Assembly (NCBI GenBank): GCA_965237675.1
Contig: OZ250150.1
Location: 512,001-576,000 of the forward strand
Length of the DNA: 64,000 nucleotides
Source: Candidatus Latescibacterota bacterium
GTDB taxonomy: Bacteria > Latescibacterota > UBA2968 > GCA-2709665
Direction: 5' to 3'
Below the pieces are notes generated by a model that was not told the DNA's origin, searched no databases, and saw only the letters and a list, made by a program, of their open reading frames with translations. This document shows positions 21,650 through 31,374 of the stretch, in pieces. Numbering within the stretch: position 1 is the stretch's first letter; every line of letters begins with the position of its first letter. Both the position numbers and the translations under genes were made by a program.

Positions 21650-22618
21650 ATGAGATTCATTGTAACGGGCAGCAACGGTTTCATCGGCCAGAATACATGC
21701 CGTCGCCTGACCCAACTCGGACACGACGTTATCGGAGTGGACAATCTGTCTTCTGGAACGGCTGCCAACGGCGTTGGCGGCGTTCAATACCACGCCCACA
21801 GCATTGTGGATGCGGATTGGCTCGAACGACTGCTGAAGAACACGGGTCCGGACGCGGTCCTTCACCTGGCGGCGAAGCCGCGTGTTCCGTACTCGGTGCA
21901 GAATCCGCTGCGCAGCGCGGAGGCGAACGTAATGGGTACCCTGTCCGTACTCAACGCGATTCTAAAGTCCAGGTTGATGGGGAGAACCCGCCTGGTTTTC
22001 GCCAGCAGCAGCGCGGTCTGCGGCGACGCTTCGATCCTTCCCACGCCGGAGGCATACCCCTCCGACCCGCAATCGCCCTATGCGCTGGCGAAGCTGCACG
22101 GTGAGCAGTGGTGCGACATGTTTCATCGATTGTACGGGCTGGATGTGGTAAGCCTGAGATATTTCAACGTATTTGGACCTGGCGCGCTTTTTGGCGGCGC
22201 CTACTCCACCGTATTGTCGGCATGGCCCTATCATTTGTATGTAGATCCTTCGTACCAACCCTTCCTGGAGGGCGACGGTACCCAGACACGGGATTTTTGC
22301 TTTGTTGACAACGTCGTGGAGGCAAATATCGCCGCGGCGACCAGAGAACGCGGCTTTGCGGCCGACGTGCTGAACGTGGGACAGGGTGAAGCCCACTCCC
22401 TGCTTGAGGTGAAAGATGTACTCGAACAGGTTGCGGGCAGAGAACTCCCGCTCGAACGCCGTCCGCCCCGCGTCGGCGATATCGCCCACACCCTGGCCGA
22501 CATCTCCCGGGCACGGGCGGAACTCGCGTTCGACCCGTCGACCGACTTTCACGCCCAGGTTGAACGTACGGCAGCATGGCACCGCGACTGTTATCCGCAA
22601 CGGCCGTCAGAGCGATAG
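21650..22618 (+). CDS. NAD-dependent epimerase/dehydratase (WbpP/GalE-like)
   Basis: TGSNGFIG, ASSSAV, SPYALAK, LRYFNVFGP, QTRDF. Confidence 0.92.
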   Translation: MRFIVTGSNGFIGQNTCRRLTQLGHDVIGVDNLSSGTAANGVGGVQYHAHSIVDADWLERLLKNTGPDAVLHLAAKPRVPYSVQNPLRSAEANVMGTLSVLNAILKSRLMGRTRLVFASSSAVCGDASILPTPEAYPSDPQSPYALAKLHGEQWCDMFHRLYGLDVVSLRYFNVFGPGALFGGAYSTVLSAWPYHLYVDPSYQPFLEGDGTQTRDFCFVDNVVEANIAAATRERGFAADVLNVGQGEAHSLLEVKDVLEQVAGRELPLERRPPRVGDIAHTLADISRARAELAFDPSTDFHAQVERTAAWHRDCYPQRPSER

Positions 22619-22800
22619 TGTTCTGTCGTGGAAATAGATTACCATAATTCGGCCGGCGTGTCGCCCGGCTTGCGAGGTGTCTGCGACCTGTGGATGGTCG
22701 GCAAGCTCGTTTCGACAAGCTCAACGCAAGCAACGGACGCAACGCAGCCAGACGGGATGGACCGGCGGATAGACGGTGACATATCTCAGGGACAGAAGAC
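22618..22800 (+). mobile_element. MITE family A copy with a nested 25-bp insertion
   Basis: TA+gtgttctgtcgtggaaatag ... atatctcagggacagaagac; interior homologous to the 38230 copy. Confidence 0.7.
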
Positions 22801-22896
22801 TCAGGGCGAGAGGGGGAAAAACCAGGCAAGCACTGGAAGAGGATCTTTTCGCCCCGATCGTCGGGAGGCGGTACCCTGACGATCGGGCTGATAAAT

Positions 22897-22973
22897 TGGT
22901 GGGCGATACTGGATTCGAACCAGTGACCTCCTGCTTGTAAGGCAGGCGCTCTAACCAGCTGAGCTAACCGCCC
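22897..22973 (-). tRNA. tRNA-Val (TAC)
   Basis: GGGCGGTTAGCTCAGCTGG...TTACAA...GGTTCGAATCC...CGCCCACCA; cloverleaf with encoded CCA. Confidence 0.97.
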
Positions 22974-23287
22974 AGGGACTCTTCGGACGTCTCGACGGTC
23001 GGTTTTTTTGATTCGCCAAGCAACAGGCCGAGAGGAATCAGCACACAGTACCCAATCACCAGTAGAATCGGCGCAAGTGTGAGCGACAGGAAACCGTCGA
23101 CCGGTGGTTGAGACAGGCACAGGTAGCCAATCAGGATCGTACCCAGGCCAGCACCCAGAAAGGTCCAATTCCTGCGTGAATACGGCAACGGACTCCGCGA
23201 AGGCTCCCGCCGCTGTGTCTGCCCCCTGCGACCTGTGCGGCCGCGAGGGCGTCTTCCTGGATTGCGCGACGCCATCCGGTTACCCAT
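22964..23287 (-). CDS. DUF3098-like small membrane protein
   Basis: RRNW...G...ILIGY....GFLSLTLAPILLVIGY; its stop codon lies inside the tRNA. Confidence 0.7.
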   Translation of the reverse strand: MGNRMASRNPGRRPRGRTGRRGQTQRREPSRSPLPYSRRNWTFLGAGLGTILIGYLCLSQPPVDGFLSLTLAPILLVIGYCVLIPLGLLLGESKKPTVETSEESLGG

Positions 23288-23294
23288 TTCCCCT

Positions 23295-23651
23295 CTACTT
23301 AGCGCTCCGTTTTTCCGGAATCCTTGCCGCCCTGCCCTGCAGTGTGCGCAAATAGGTTAAACGCGTCCGGCGCACCTTGCCGCTCCGAATCCGCTCGACC
23401 TTCGCCACGCGAGGTGAGTGGAGCGGAAAAATCCGCTCGACACCCACGCCACCCAACTCCATCTTTCGCACCGTGAAAGTCTCGTGGATCCCGTGTCCCC
23501 GACGCTGGATCACCACACCTTCGAACATCTGCGTGCGCTCCTTCTCGCCTTCAACCACCCGTACGTGAACCCGCACCGTGTCCCCGGCGCCAAACACCGG
23601 CACGTCGGTCTTGATTTGTTCCTCTGTTAGTGATTTCAACAACGCATCCAT
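23295..23651 (-). CDS. rplS: 50S ribosomal protein L19
   Basis: [35 protein letters not shown]. Confidence 0.97.
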   Translation of the reverse strand: MDALLKSLTEEQIKTDVPVFGAGDTVRVHVRVVEGEKERTQMFEGVVIQRRGHGIHETFTVRKMELGGVGVERIFPLHSPRVAKVERIRSGKVRRTRLTYLRTLQGRAARIPEKRSAK

Positions 23652-23744
23652 GATGACACTCCTAAGCGATGAAAAACATCTGACGAAAAACCTGCTGTTG
23701 TTTTCCGGTTGAATGCACGGTGAAAACTCGGCAACCAGCGTCCA

Positions 23745-24482
23745 TTACTTCCTGTGCCCGCCAACGTTGTCGTTTTCTGAGCCGGACCCGTCTCCGGCGC
23801 CTTTTTTCCCCACCAGATCCGGACGCCGTTCCCTGGTACGCCGCTTCGCCGTGTCGCGCCGCCAACTTGCAATCCGCTGATGGTCGCCGCTCAACAGAAC
23901 ATCGGGGACCCGCAAGCCCTCAAACTCCCTGGGCCTCGTATACCACGGACAATCCAGAAGCCCGTTCTGAAACGAATCCTCCAGGGCGGATTCCGCATCT
24001 CCGATCGCCCCGGGAATCAATCGCACGATCGCATCCAACAACACAAGCGCGGGCAATTCGCCGCCGCTCAACACGTAATCACCAACCGAAATCTCTTCGG
24101 TAACGTACAATTCGCGAACACGTTCGTCAATTCCCCGGTATCGTCCGCACAAAAACACGAGATTCGGCGCAACCGAAAGTCGATTCGCCGCGTTCTGATC
24201 CAGCCGCCTCCCCTCCGGCGTCAAGAGAATAACGTGCTCCAGCGGCCGCCCGGCGTCTTGAATAGCGGCCAGCGCCCGGGCAATCGGTCCTGGCTTGAAC
24301 ACCATTCCCGCCCCACCGCCGTACGGTGTATCGTCCACCGTACCGTGAACGTCATCTGTGAATTCCCTCAAATCGTGCGCAAAGACGTCAACCAGGCCCG
24401 CCCGGATCGCACGCCCCGAAATTCCGTATGCAGCCACATCTCGAATCAGATCCGGGAATATGGTGAGAATGTCGATATGCAT
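23745..24482 (-). CDS. trmD: tRNA (guanine-N1)-methyltransferase
   Basis: DDTPYGGGAGM, CGRYRGIDER, GDYVLSGGE. Confidence 0.97.
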   Translation of the reverse strand: MHIDILTIFPDLIRDVAAYGISGRAIRAGLVDVFAHDLREFTDDVHGTVDDTPYGGGAGMVFKPGPIARALAAIQDAGRPLEHVILLTPEGRRLDQNAANRLSVAPNLVFLCGRYRGIDERVRELYVTEEISVGDYVLSGGELPALVLLDAIVRLIPGAIGDAESALEDSFQNGLLDCPWYTRPREFEGLRVPDVLLSGDHQRIASWRRDTAKRRTRERRPDLVGKKGAGDGSGSENDNVGGHRK

Positions 24483-24519
24483 AGGCTCCGTCCAGTCGCA
24501 TAGCAGCGTTTCCCGGTTT

Positions 24520-25050
24520 CTAATCCAGGAGTCCCTCCACATTCTTCACGACCAGACGGCCGCCAGCCAGGTCGATCCGAACCAGATCCCTTGCGGCGGG
24601 CACCAACAGCTCCCTCCCATCCTCCCTGTCGACCACGTACAGATCGTTTCCGGGATGGGAAATTACATCGACCACATGTCCGACGTCCACACCGGCCTCC
24701 GTCTCCACCTTCAGTCCCACAATCTCAAACACGTAGAACGTATCTTCAGGAAGCCGATACACCTCGTTGGCGGAGACCATCAGCTGGCTGCCGCGAAACG
24801 CGGCAACCGCGCTGGGCGTATCGAGATCGAGGAATTTAACGCCCATCCGCCGTCCGTAGTTCCGCACGCGGTCGATCCGAAGTGTCACCCGGTTCCCATC
24901 CGGCTTTTCGACCAGAACTTCCTTGAGATCTCGAAACCGCTCCGGAAAATCCGTAAGAGGATGCAGAAATGCCTCACCCCGGAGTCCTCTCGGTTTCAGA
25001 ACCCTGCCGATGGCGACGTATCCTTCCCGATCTGCCGGATTTCGGGACAA
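24520..25050 (-). CDS. rimM: Ribosome maturation factor RimM
   Basis: IGRVLKPRGLRGE; position between rpsP and trmD. Confidence 0.93.
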   Translation of the reverse strand: MSRNPADREGYVAIGRVLKPRGLRGEAFLHPLTDFPERFRDLKEVLVEKPDGNRVTLRIDRVRNYGRRMGVKFLDLDTPSAVAAFRGSQLMVSANEVYRLPEDTFYVFEIVGLKVETEAGVDVGHVVDVISHPGNDLYVVDREDGRELLVPAARDLVRIDLAGGRLVVKNVEGLLD

Positions 25051-25053
25051 GCA

Positions 25054-25359
25054 CTATTCCTTGGCTTCAGGGACCGTTTCGTCCGTTTCGTCCGTATCCG
25101 CTGCGGATATGCCGCCCTGTCTCAGAACGCCCTGTTGTCGAAGCAGACTCTTCACCGTTTCTGACGGCTCAGCGCCCAAATCCAGCCAGTGGCGCGTCCG
25201 CTCAGTGTTCAACCGCACAATCTGCGGATTCCCGGTTGGATCGTAATATCCCAGGTTTTCAATGAACCGGCCGTCCCGAGGGGACCGGCTATCTGCGACC
25301 ACAACCCTGTAAAACGGCGCGTTCCTGGCGCCCTTGCGGGTCAATCGAATCCTTACCAA
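25054..25359 (-). CDS. rpsP: 30S ribosomal protein S16
   Basis: VRIRLTR.G....PFYRVVVADSRSPRDGRFIE.LG.YDP. Confidence 0.97.
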   Translation of the reverse strand: MVRIRLTRKGARNAPFYRVVVADSRSPRDGRFIENLGYYDPTGNPQIVRLNTERTRHWLDLGAEPSETVKSLLRQQGVLRQGGISAADTDETDETVPEAKE

Positions 25360-25511
25360 AATCCATCCTCCTATTTAGTACCACACATCTCAACGATTTC
25401 AACAACGGGTTCAGCGATTCGAAAATTCGACCGGGCAGTCGAACACGATTGTTGGGTGCCACCCGCATCGCCTGTCAGCCGGCCGCTGCTGTGCCGATAA
25501 CAAATTTCGCC

Positions 25512-26840
25512 TCAACCCGGAAACGGCACGCCCGTCCCGCGGCCCTGCTTCTCCATCCGCGACATCTGTTTCATCATCTTGCGCATCATACCGAACTGCT
25601 TGATCAACCGGTTGACTTCCTGGATGCGACAGCCGCTGCCTTTCGCAATCCGGCGGCGCCTGCTACCGTTCAGAATCTGGGGGCTGGCCCGTTCCTGCCG
25701 TGTCATTGACAGAATGATCGCTTCAGTATGCACAAACGCATCTTCATCCACCTGCAGGCCCTTCATTGCCTTTCCCGCCCCCGGGATCAGGTCCATCAAC
25801 TGGCTCAGTGGCCCCATCTTGCGAACATGATCCAACTGCTGCAGAAAGTCATCGAATGTAAATGCGTCGCTTCGCAGCTTCTTCTCCAGCTGCTGCGCCT
25901 GTTTCACATCCACCGCGTCCTGTGCCCGTTCCACCAGCGTCACGACGTCGCCCATACCCAGAATCCGCGAGGCCATCCGATCCGGATGAAACGGCTCGAT
26001 TCCGTCCACCTTTTCGCTGACGCCCGCGTATTTGATGGGCACACCGGTGACTTCACGGATCGATAGCGCCGCGCCGCCGCGCGTATCGCTATCAAGACGC
26101 GTAAGTACCACTCCCGTAAAGTTGAGTTGTTCGTAAAACGCTGTCGCCGCTGAAACCGCATCCTGCCCTGTCATCCCGTCCGCCACAAACAGAATCTCAC
26201 CCGGCGAAACCGCGTCACGAATCCGCTCCAATTCTCCCATCCGCTCATCATCCACGTGCAACCGGCCGGCCGTATCCAGAATTACCGGGTCCATCCCGTC
26301 CGCCAGCGCCGCGTCCACGCCCTGGGCGCAAATCACCGCCGGTTCGGTCCCCTCCGCCGCCCGGTGGACCGGCACGTCTATTGACGCGCCGAGTACGCAA
26401 AGCTGGTCGATAGCTGCAGGTCGGTAAACATCAGCCGCCACAAGGAGCGGCCGCCGTCCCTTCCCTTTCAGGAGTCGCGCCAGCTTGGCGCACAGCGTTG
26501 TCTTGCCCGACCCCTGCAGACCGATAACCATCACCACGTTGGGCGCCGGTCCGGGCAGATTCAACTCCTGGTGCTCGTCTCCCATAAGGTGGATCAACTC
26601 GTCATGAACCACCTTGACGACCTGCTGGCCGGGCGTAATGCTTCGCAACACCTCCCGCCCGATTGCCCGCTCCCTTACACGGGCGATAAACGACCGCGCC
26701 ACTTTATAGTTGACGTCCGCCTCCAGAAGAGCACGACGTACGTCTCTCAGCGCTTCATCAATATTGGCTTCGGCCAACCTGCCGCGGCCACGAAGCTTCT
26801 TGAAAACCCCTTCCAGCTTTTCCGTAAGATGATCGAACAT
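25512..26840 (-). CDS. ffh: Signal recognition particle protein
   Basis: GLQGSGKTT, DTAGR, RILGMGD, M domain SRRRRIAKGSG. Confidence 0.97.
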   Translation of the reverse strand: MFDHLTEKLEGVFKKLRGRGRLAEANIDEALRDVRRALLEADVNYKVARSFIARVRERAIGREVLRSITPGQQVVKVVHDELIHLMGDEHQELNLPGPAPNVVMVIGLQGSGKTTLCAKLARLLKGKGRRPLLVAADVYRPAAIDQLCVLGASIDVPVHRAAEGTEPAVICAQGVDAALADGMDPVILDTAGRLHVDDERMGELERIRDAVSPGEILFVADGMTGQDAVSAATAFYEQLNFTGVVLTRLDSDTRGGAALSIREVTGVPIKYAGVSEKVDGIEPFHPDRMASRILGMGDVVTLVERAQDAVDVKQAQQLEKKLRSDAFTFDDFLQQLDHVRKMGPLSQLMDLIPGAGKAMKGLQVDEDAFVHTEAIILSMTRQERASPQILNGSRRRRIAKGSGCRIQEVNRLIKQFGMMRKMMKQMSRMEKQGRGTGVPFPG

Positions 26841-27104
26841 GGGGCCGACCTGGCGTTGATCCTAAAAAGGGACACAGACTATTAATAATACGGGACGACA
26901 GGATATTACGCAACAAAAAACTCCAAAATAAGGCGCTTTCGGAAGGTGGGCGTATGCTGTCGAATCAGCGCGCGGCCGCGCGCCGTAGTGTGCCCGGGAG
27001 CAGATACCAATAATGGGTGTGCGACAGGTGACAGTTCGTCCGTTCAATGGTCCCATGCCGGCCGGACACGCCGAATTCCGGACCCGGTGGGACCCGTTAT
27101 ATAT

Positions 27105-27770
27105 CTAGGCCAGTCCCGCCAGCCCCGCACGCCTCAACGCAGCCACATTTTCAACCACCTTACCATCCCGAAACGCGGCCGATCCCGCCACCAGCACTTC
27201 CGCCCCCGCAGCGACGGCCTGTCCCGCGTTTTCCAACCCGATTCCCCCGTCGATTTCTATCTCCGTATGCACGCCCTGTCGCACGACCTCCGCCCTCAGT
27301 CTCCGAACCTTTTCCAGAGACTCCGGCATGAACGCCTGGCCGCCGAATCCCGGCTCCACTGACATCACAAGCGCAAGATCCAGCGTGGGTAGCAGGGGAA
27401 ACAACGCCTCCACAGACGTTGCCGGCTTCACCGTGGCGCCCGCCCGCATTCCCATCGCCCGGATTTCACGAAGCAGTGTCGGCAGATCCGCGTTAACCTC
27501 GACGTGTACCGTACAGATGTCGGCCCCGCTATCCGCGAAGTCCCTCAGGTACCTGCCCGGATCGTCAATCATAAGATGCACATCCAGTGTCAACGCCGTC
27601 GTTTTACGAATGGCTTCCACCACCATAGGACCGAACGTGATATTCGGTACGAAATGACCGTCCATCACATCCAGATGAATATACTCCGCACCGGCTGTTT
27701 CCACCGCCCGAATCTCGCGTTCCAGCGCGACAAAATCCGCCGCCAGGAAAGACGGAGCGATCTTAATCAT
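27105..27770 (-). CDS. rpe: Ribulose-phosphate 3-epimerase
   Basis: HLDVMDGHFVPNITFG, MSVEPGFGGQ, IDGGI. Confidence 0.97.
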   Translation of the reverse strand: MIKIAPSFLAADFVALEREIRAVETAGAEYIHLDVMDGHFVPNITFGPMVVEAIRKTTALTLDVHLMIDDPGRYLRDFADSGADICTVHVEVNADLPTLLREIRAMGMRAGATVKPATSVEALFPLLPTLDLALVMSVEPGFGGQAFMPESLEKVRRLRAEVVRQGVHTEIEIDGGIGLENAGQAVAAGAEVLVAGSAAFRDGKVVENVAALRRAGLAGLA

Positions 27771-27858
27771 AAAGAAGACCTCCAATTCTCAGATACGGGG
27801 ACTCGGGAGGATGGCGGGGGGTTGAACGCTGAAACCAATGTGCGACGATGACCAACCG

Positions 27859-28593
27859 TTACAATTTGCTCACGACCAGCCGCACACGCGTCCCCTGCTT
27901 CACCTCTTCCCCGAATTCGGGCACATGCCGGATCACCACGTTCAATAGATGCTGGGTGCTGAATTCGTACCGGATATCCCGCAACAGGAGCCCGGCCTCC
28001 TCCAACTCCGCCCGGGCCGTCTCAAGCGACTTGCCGACGAGATTCGGCACAGGGACCATCTCTCCCGGAGGCCCGTTACTTATCGTTACCGATATTGGTG
28101 TTCCGACCTGTACCCGTTGTCCCGGCAGGGGATCCTGGCTGATTATCAATCCTTCCTTGACGATTGGAGACGCATCCTCCAGAGTATCTCCCATGGCCAG
28201 GCCGGACTGTGCAATCCACAACTGCGCCTGGCGAAGGGACTTTTCCCGAAGGTCCGGCACCTCGTAAAGGCGGGTCCCTCGACTTGGCACCGCATACACA
28301 GTCCGGTTAATCTTCACATGCGAACGCGCGGGCGGGTTCTGGTGTACCAGCCGGCCTTCGGCAATCGAAGCGTCCCATCGGGGCTGCTGAAGCTTCAACT
28401 TCAGGCCCCTTTGAGACAGCGCCTGGCTGGCATCTTCGGGTGTGAGATCCACGATATCGGGTACTTCAACCCGCTGGCCGGCCTGTACCAGACGCGGCAT
28501 GATGAAACGATCGAGCAGGATCAGCGCCACGGTACCGGTGAGCACCGCGCAGCCCGCGAATAGCGCCACCTCTCGCAGAATCCTTTTGGCCAT
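27859..28593 (-). CDS. Membrane-anchored PASTA-domain protein (three PASTA repeats)
   Basis: N-terminal TM helix; VPDIV, VPDLR, VPNLVG repeats with Q.P motifs. Confidence 0.88.
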   Translation of the reverse strand: MAKRILREVALFAGCAVLTGTVALILLDRFIMPRLVQAGQRVEVPDIVDLTPEDASQALSQRGLKLKLQQPRWDASIAEGRLVHQNPPARSHVKINRTVYAVPSRGTRLYEVPDLREKSLRQAQLWIAQSGLAMGDTLEDASPIVKEGLIISQDPLPGQRVQVGTPISVTISNGPPGEMVPVPNLVGKSLETARAELEEAGLLLRDIRYEFSTQHLLNVVIRHVPEFGEEVKQGTRVRLVVSKL

Positions 28594-28718
28594 CCTTCTG
28601 GTAACCCGCCTTTTTCAGAGTAAACAACCGCGCCCGGCGCGGGGGGTTTGAACCCCCCGTTCAGTGTCCGAATGAAAAATAGGACAACATCCCCCCGGTG
28701 TCAAGATCACACCCCCCT

Positions 28719-29528
28719 TCAACGTCCCAGCGTCAAGGAGACCCGGTGTGACAGCCCCAACACCGTGTGGTACAGCGTCGCATAGTCGATCCGGAAGCCC
28801 CTGTGAGCCACACCCGCCCCCATCGAAAATCGCTCGGCGGGACCCCCGGCCCCCAGGCGCAACATGACCCGGCGGGCGAGGCTGTACTCCATACCCACGC
28901 TCACGCCCGTTGAACGGCCCGCCTCCTTGCGAACATCCACGAGCAGTGCCAAATCCGGCGCGACCTCGAACCCCACGCCGACCATACCACCCTGGCCCAG
29001 CACGTCCACCGACTGCCCGCCGGCATTCCAGGCCGCAAGCCCCAGCATAACCTGCGCGCCGAGTACCATCCTCGCACCCAGATCGAATGCCGTCCACGAA
29101 CGCTTCGCGCCACCGGCAACCGACAACAGCAGACGCCGAATCCTCAGCCCGAGACCCAGCCGGGACACCACCCGATGCCCGAATGCAAGCCCGACGATCC
29201 GCTCCCGATACAGGCTGAACCCGTAATCCTGGTAACTCAGGCCGATTGCCGCCCTGCCCGTAGACGCGACTGTCCCAAACGCATTGGCATCCAACACATC
29301 TATCCCGAACGGCCGCTCATACCCTCCCGTTATGCTGACACCCTCGCCCCATGCGAGCGCCCCCGCGTTCCAGAAGACCCCGTCAACACCTGCGGCCCAT
29401 CCCACAAATGCGTCTCCCAATCCACCGGCTCTGGCGCCGACTGCCTGAAACTCGAACGCGCCGTCGGCTTGAACGGGTGCCACGGACACGCACAGAAGCC
29501 CGTAGAAACCCGCGAACCCGATCCGCAT
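28719..29528 (-). CDS. PorV/FadL-like outer-membrane beta-barrel protein
   Basis: Signal peptide; GARAGGLGDAF...FWNAGAL; IDYA...H.VLGLSHRVSL. Confidence 0.65.
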   Translation of the reverse strand: MRIGFAGFYGLLCVSVAPVQADGAFEFQAVGARAGGLGDAFVGWAAGVDGVFWNAGALAWGEGVSITGGYERPFGIDVLDANAFGTVASTGRAAIGLSYQDYGFSLYRERIVGLAFGHRVVSRLGLGLRIRRLLLSVAGGAKRSWTAFDLGARMVLGAQVMLGLAAWNAGGQSVDVLGQGGMVGVGFEVAPDLALLVDVRKEAGRSTGVSVGMEYSLARRVMLRLGAGGPAERFSMGAGVAHRGFRIDYATLYHTVLGLSHRVSLTLGR

Positions 29529-29799
29529 CACGAGAAGACCGCACCACGCCCCGTTGCGAAGCCACGGATTGAACCGGCTACCGTGTTTTTTTTCTACACG
29601 CGAGCGTCGCTCTCCGAGGACATCATCGCCCCGCCCCGCCACGCTTACTTTCGATAATCCCATCCTATCGTTCCTCAGTCTGCGGGATATTCGGCAGGGC
29701 TCGAGACCCAACCGGTGCTTTCTTAATGGAAAACACCGCGGAAGCGGTTCGTTCGAACCGCCGAGGCCACGGCATACCGCGCGACGGAGCCGCGACCCT

Positions 29800-29838
29800 T
29801 CAGTTACTGTGTAGACGAGCGTGTAGCTGCTTCTTCAT
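29800..29838 (-). other. 12-codon micro-ORF MKKQLHARLHSN with strong RBS
   Basis: ggaaagga-aacgaca-ATG directly downstream of a sigma54 promoter. Confidence 0.45.
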
Positions 29839-29863
29839 TGTCGTTTCCTTTCCAGATCGTTAC

Positions 29864-29933
29864 TGCAAACCCTGTACCATGCCTTTACCGTATCCGATCA
29901 CAATCGACCATCTTATTTATTATCAGAACTTTG
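29864..29933 (-). promoter_or_regulatory. Sigma54 promoter plus IHF site
   Basis: Minus-strand TGGTACAGGGTTTGCA (GG-N10-GC, 29864-29879); tatcagaactttg (29921-29933) matches WATCARNNNNTTR with an adjacent AT tract. Confidence 0.65.
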
Positions 29934-30194
29934 AAACTGCCGTTTCCTGGGCTGTCTCAAACCACGGATCGAGAATCCGCCATACCGGATGTGACAGTCC
30001 ACCTTTGAATTGACGACCGGAACAGGACAAAAAAAACGTGGGCAATCACCCACGGACAAGATTGAAATAGACCGGACCGCACTGCGCTGTTATATTTCTC
30101 ACCTAACCGGAACGACGTTGACCGCTGCCACACCCACAGTAGATGGGATATCGGTTGCAGGATTGGTACTTCCTCAGTTCGCACAGGAGGTTGC

Positions 30195-31169
30195 GTGTCG
30201 CTTCAAAATCCGTTGTGCGAAAACACGCCAATGAATCAGGGTTGGACCTATCACAACCGTATCCAGCCTGAGGCGGAAGGAGAAACCGTTCTTCAGTTCT
30301 ATGTCCAGCGCTATCCCCATTCCTCTCGGGAAGCCTGGCGGAAACGGATAAAATCCGGCGAAGTACAGCTGAATGACAACCCGACCACGCCCGAAACCCC
30401 ACTTGCCTCGGGCCAGCGGCTCACTTTCCACCGTAGGCCATGGCGGGAACCGGACGCTCCCTGTTCGTTTGCGCTGCTCTACGAGGATAGACACCTCCTT
30501 GCCGCAGCCAAACCCGCCGGTCTCCCGGTGTTGCCCGGTGGCCACCATCTCCGGAACACCCTGCTTGCCCGCATCCGCGAACGCTACCCCGATGCCCCCG
30601 GACCGGCGCCCCTGCATCGGCTTGGGCGGGGAACCTCGGGCATCGTTCTGTTCGCCCGTACCGCATCGGCAAGACGAGTCCTTTCGGAGGACTTCCGAAA
30701 CCGGCGCATTTGCAAGCTCTACCGCGCCCTCGTCGCCGGCACCGATATGCCCGATCGGTTTGCTGTGGATGTACCCATCGGACGGATTCCCTATTCACCA
30801 ATTCGATACCTGTACGCGGCAATGAGCGAGGGGAAACCGGCCAGGACGGAATGCCGGGTACTCCACCGCAATCCCGAAAACAATCGCAGCCTGATCCGTG
30901 TCAATCTCGTCACCGGCCGCGCCCACCAGATCCGGATTCACCTCGCAGCTGCCGGACATCCCCTGGTTGACGACCCCCTGTATCGTGCGGGTGGCCTGCC
31001 CGTAGTGACACCCACTGGAGTTCGCGCCCCGCTACCCGGTGACATCGGATACCACCTCCACGCCCACCAACTCCACTTCACCCACCCCGCCACACGCCGG
31101 TCTGTTCATCTCAGGTGTTTGCCGCCTCCAATCCTCCGCACACCTGAGGAGATCGCCGAAATGCCCTGA
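30195..31169 (+). CDS. RluA-family pseudouridine-synthase-like protein lacking the catalytic Asp (start 30195 or 30231)
   Basis: KPAGLPV.P, HRLGRGTSG, TGRAHQIRIH, GHPLV.DPLY, LHA. Confidence 0.88.
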   Translation: MSLQNPLCENTPMNQGWTYHNRIQPEAEGETVLQFYVQRYPHSSREAWRKRIKSGEVQLNDNPTTPETPLASGQRLTFHRRPWREPDAPCSFALLYEDRHLLAAAKPAGLPVLPGGHHLRNTLLARIRERYPDAPGPAPLHRLGRGTSGIVLFARTASARRVLSEDFRNRRICKLYRALVAGTDMPDRFAVDVPIGRIPYSPIRYLYAAMSEGKPARTECRVLHRNPENNRSLIRVNLVTGRAHQIRIHLAAAGHPLVDDPLYRAGGLPVVTPTGVRAPLPGDIGYHLHAHQLHFTHPATRRSVHLRCLPPPILRTPEEIAEMP

Positions 31170-31289
31170 AAGTTCGTTTGCAGAACTCCACGTGCACACC
31201 CGATTGTGAACGGGCTAATGTCGACTGACTAAATGCGGTGAGATGCAGATACCCCTCCGACTCCGGTCGCACCGGGCCCGGCGGCTGAT

Positions 31290-31374
31290 GCGATGCGTGT
31301 CGGCGAGCGACGGAAATGCAGCGAGACGGGATGAATCGGCGGACGAATGGTGACATATTTCCGGGAAAAGACAC
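31290..31374 (+). mobile_element. MITE family A partial copy (one TIR; inner boundary approximate)
   Basis: gagacgggatgaatcggcggacgaatggtgacatatttccgggaaaagacac+TA. Confidence 0.7.

Noticed and set aside
22800-22973. tRNA-Val as the attachment site of an integrated island covering the accessory region
   Set aside because: No integrase and no duplicate of the tRNA 3' end were seen in the window; it cannot be excluded beyond the left edge.
29720-29802. Selenocysteine read-through of the micro-ORF TGA
   Set aside because: No redox-motif context, no recognisable protein after the TGA and no convincing SECIS.
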